Shown here in pieces: positions 61,560 to 64,000 of a DNA stretch of 64,000 bases (positions within the stretch are counted from its first letter, which is position 1; every line of letters begins with the position of its first letter). Under the pieces are notes generated by a model, which searched no databases, was not told where the DNA came from, and worked only from the letters and a program-made list of their open reading frames with translations. Origin of the DNA: Protoeuglena noctilucae (taxonomy: Eukaryota); the NCBI GenBank assembly GCA_958009085.1, contig OY253671.1:1178001-1242000 (forward strand). Direction: 5' to 3'. Both the position numbers and the translations under genes were made by a program.

Positions 61560-62773
61560 TCAGATGTCCACGATGACGAAGACCTCGCAGTCCCCCTCCT
61601 TCTGCACCACTTGCATGGCGCTGTACGTGATGGCCTTGATCTCCGTCCCCCTCTGCGGACGGGTTGCGGTGCTATCAGGCGATGCAGGCGTCACAACAGC
61701 TGGCCGTGGCAGCTGGCAATGGCGGCCGCCGGCACAGTGGCAGCAGTGGCTCTAGCCTTGCAGCCCATGGCCTCCCTCCTGCCAGGCCTCTCGTCGCGGG
61801 CCTGCGCACCTCGTGCTTGTCCGACTCGAACTTCTCCCCGCTGATGCGGCACTCGACCGTCCACTTGCTGCCCTGGCACACGCTCTCCACGTTCACCTGC
61901 TTGGCAATTATTTGCTCGGAGCAGAAGAGGAAGAGGAGCTCGTCCAGGAACTGCGGAGAGGCGCCGGGGACGACGGCTGTGTGGGACGCTGCACACGCAG
62001 GCAATCTGCACCTCGGCGGCCGGCCCGCCGTCCTGTGGGCCCGCGCTCTGCGTGGACCCCATCGTCGGCGCTCACGTGAAAGAGCAGCGAGTGGAGGTCG
62101 TGCCCCTCGACAAACACGTCCATGTTGGTGAACTTCGGGTCCACGTCCACCGTGCTGAGGGGGATCATGTAGTTGAACATTCCCAGGGCTGCGCCCTCGA
62201 AAGCTTCCTCGAGGTTCTCGCCCCATGAGTGAATCTGCACGTCGGCCGTGTGGTCCAGATACTCGAACTTGTAGCCGGGCACCTGCGTGTCGAGACGAGG
62301 GGGCGTGCGTGACGCGTGTGCGCTTTCCGTCGTGCAGGAGGGCTGCTTGCCTTTATTGGATGCGCAGCTAGCACCGCGCGGAGACGTCCCTCACGCGAAG
62401 CCCACGAGTCTGGGGCACGCCGTTGACCTGTCGTCACCTGGGCCGAGCGGTAGAGCGGCAGCTCTTCCGGGCCGTCTTCCTCTTTATGATCGGTAGTATT
62501 GATTCGCGTGGATGCGGCATCGCGGCCATCGGGCTGGCCCTGGGACGCAGCTGGTGCTTCAGCCACCGCTGCGTCCACATCCTCCCCACCGGCGCCGCTC
62601 GCCTCGGGTCGGTCTCTCTTCCTGGACCGTCGCTTGCGCTGCAGTGAGAAGTGGCGGTGCGGGCCCTGAGCGCTCGCCGGGGCAGCACAACGGCGCACCG
62701 GCGAAGGCAAGGTGCGAGCCTCGGGACTCGCTCGGCATCCACGCGCCTGTGGTAGGGGCTCTGTGTCATCCAT
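61560..62773 (-). CDS. Archease (RtcB tRNA ligase cofactor) with N-terminal extension
   Basis: YKFEYLDHTADVQIHSWG, GHDLHSLLFHFLDELLF, GTEIKAITYSAMQV, VFVIVDI-TGA; N-terminal RKRRSRKRD basic stretch. Confidence 0.92.
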
Positions 62774-63076
62774 GTTCTCCACGCCAGGTGGTGGCGCTGG
62801 GACCCAGCAAAGGTTGAGCAGCAGCCGTGAGCTTTGAGGCACGGCACCCTGCAAGTGCTCGACAGACCCGCAACTCGCTGGTCCGTGAGCCAAACGATTC
62901 AAGTGCTTGTACGCGAGACCGTGACAGCGCCTTCTGTGCGTGCTGGTGGCTTTTCTGGCGGTGCACCCCTCTTCCTGCGCCGTACGAGGTGCTGGTTGGG
63001 CCTGCCTGCGCACAAAGCTGCAGCAGTCGCGAGCCATTCAATCTGATTTGCGGAACAGTGCTTCCATCGCTCGCTG

Positions 63077-64000
63077 ATGGCCTGCTCGCTTGCCCTTCTG
63101 CCGTGGCAGGCCCGACCACGATCCAATGTTGGCTCGTGTGCCCGGGCGCTCCATAGGCGATGGGGACCGAAAAATGCTCCGCGCAGCCTCCCCGATGACG
63201 ACAGCAGTCGTGGCAATCGGGGCAGCGAAGCATCCACATCATCTGCGGGCCCCAGCTTGTCCGAGGGGGTCAATGTGTACTGCACTTGGGCCCTGGGGCT
63301 CCTTTTCCTCACCGACCTCACACCCCTGGGGTCCGCCATGGCGTCTTCACCCAGCCCCCTGCTCGCCCTGACCGCCGCTCAGGTCTGCCACAGGCCGCGT
63401 TGAGCCACCTCCCCCGCCACAGCATTGCGTCAGAGCTCCAATCTTCGCCCCTTGCCCGCTGCAGTGGGGCCTCTTCGTGGTACCGACAATGTGGAACAGT
63501 TTCCAGCAGAAGGAGGACCTCAGGGCCGTCTATCGCCTCAAGGGATGCGGGGCTGGGGAGATCACGCGTTCCGCCGCCATTGGCGTAGCTCTCTGGGGAG
63601 CTCTCCAGGTCGCAGAGACGGCCAGACAAGGCGAGTCTGCAAGGGCAGAGCGAGCCAGTGGCCTAAAGTGGCACGTGAAATGTCCGGACTTGTGCCGCGT
63701 CCCTCCCGCAGGCTTCGCGGGTGGCGGGCAGTCCCTCGTCGCCATCCCGACGGACGCAGCAGGGGCCGTCCTGACCGGATCAAGTCTGCCATCTCTGCTC
63801 CTGTGTGCGGGACTCCTGGGACCGCTCGCAGAGGAGCTGCTCTTCCGTGGTTACCTACTCACGGCACTCCAGGTGCGGCCTATTTTATTGGCGCATGTAT
63901 CACCGCCCCACATGCGCCCCACGCCATGCAGGCTTCACGTGCCCTTGCCAGTACGTGCTGTTTTCGCAGACCCGGCTGGGCAAATGGGACGGGGCGGTCG
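63077..64000 (+). CDS. CPBP/Abi (CAAX protease type II) family membrane protein with transit peptide; 3' partial
   Basis: Transit-like N-terminus, TM segments, and GPLAEELLFRGYLL motif reached via GC-AG intron 63631-63711. Confidence 0.8.

Noticed and set aside
319..63711. Introner-type repeated introns
   Set aside because: By eye, the introns share no extended sequence similarity beyond splice signals. An all-vs-all alignment would be needed to exclude this fully.

Overview
This is eukaryotic, GC-rich, gene-dense DNA with many short spliceosomal introns, so the raw ORF track is mostly fragments or shadow ORFs. It is most consistent with a compact-genome flagellated green alga, inferred from plastid isoamylase ISA1, radial-spoke RSP16, transit peptides and some TGTAA poly(A) signals; the species is not identified. 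Manual splicing gives about 23 protein-coding genes: Pelle/IRAK-like kinase (5' partial), LamG/FN2-like type I membrane protein, EMC7, FAR-17a/AIG1, ubiquilin, a plastid coiled-coil protein, an ERAD-type RING-H2 ligase, a calmodulin-like protein, an isopentenyl-phosphate-kinase/EDR2-C fusion, a Mn-type CDF/MTP, MEMO1, homomeric acetyl-CoA carboxylase, PyrD deaminase, RSP16, PurF, RPB8, haspin, a CinA/MoeA-like protein, ISA1, an FSH1 hydrolase, a small unknown protein, archease and a CPBP protease (3' partial). Most notable: (1) an IPK-EDR2_C fusion with the junction inside one exon; (2) about 13 GC-AG introns, roughly one in ten; (3) a 2007-bp element with 28-bp TIRs and an 8-bp TSD in the purF/RPB8 divergent promoter; (4) a receptor-like protein with duplicated LamG + fibronectin-type-II-like modules whose frame apparently continues through an in-frame TAG into further exons; (5) a candidate bicistronic MEMO1-MTP pair 133 bp apart. 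All exon models and family calls are by eye, without database searches.
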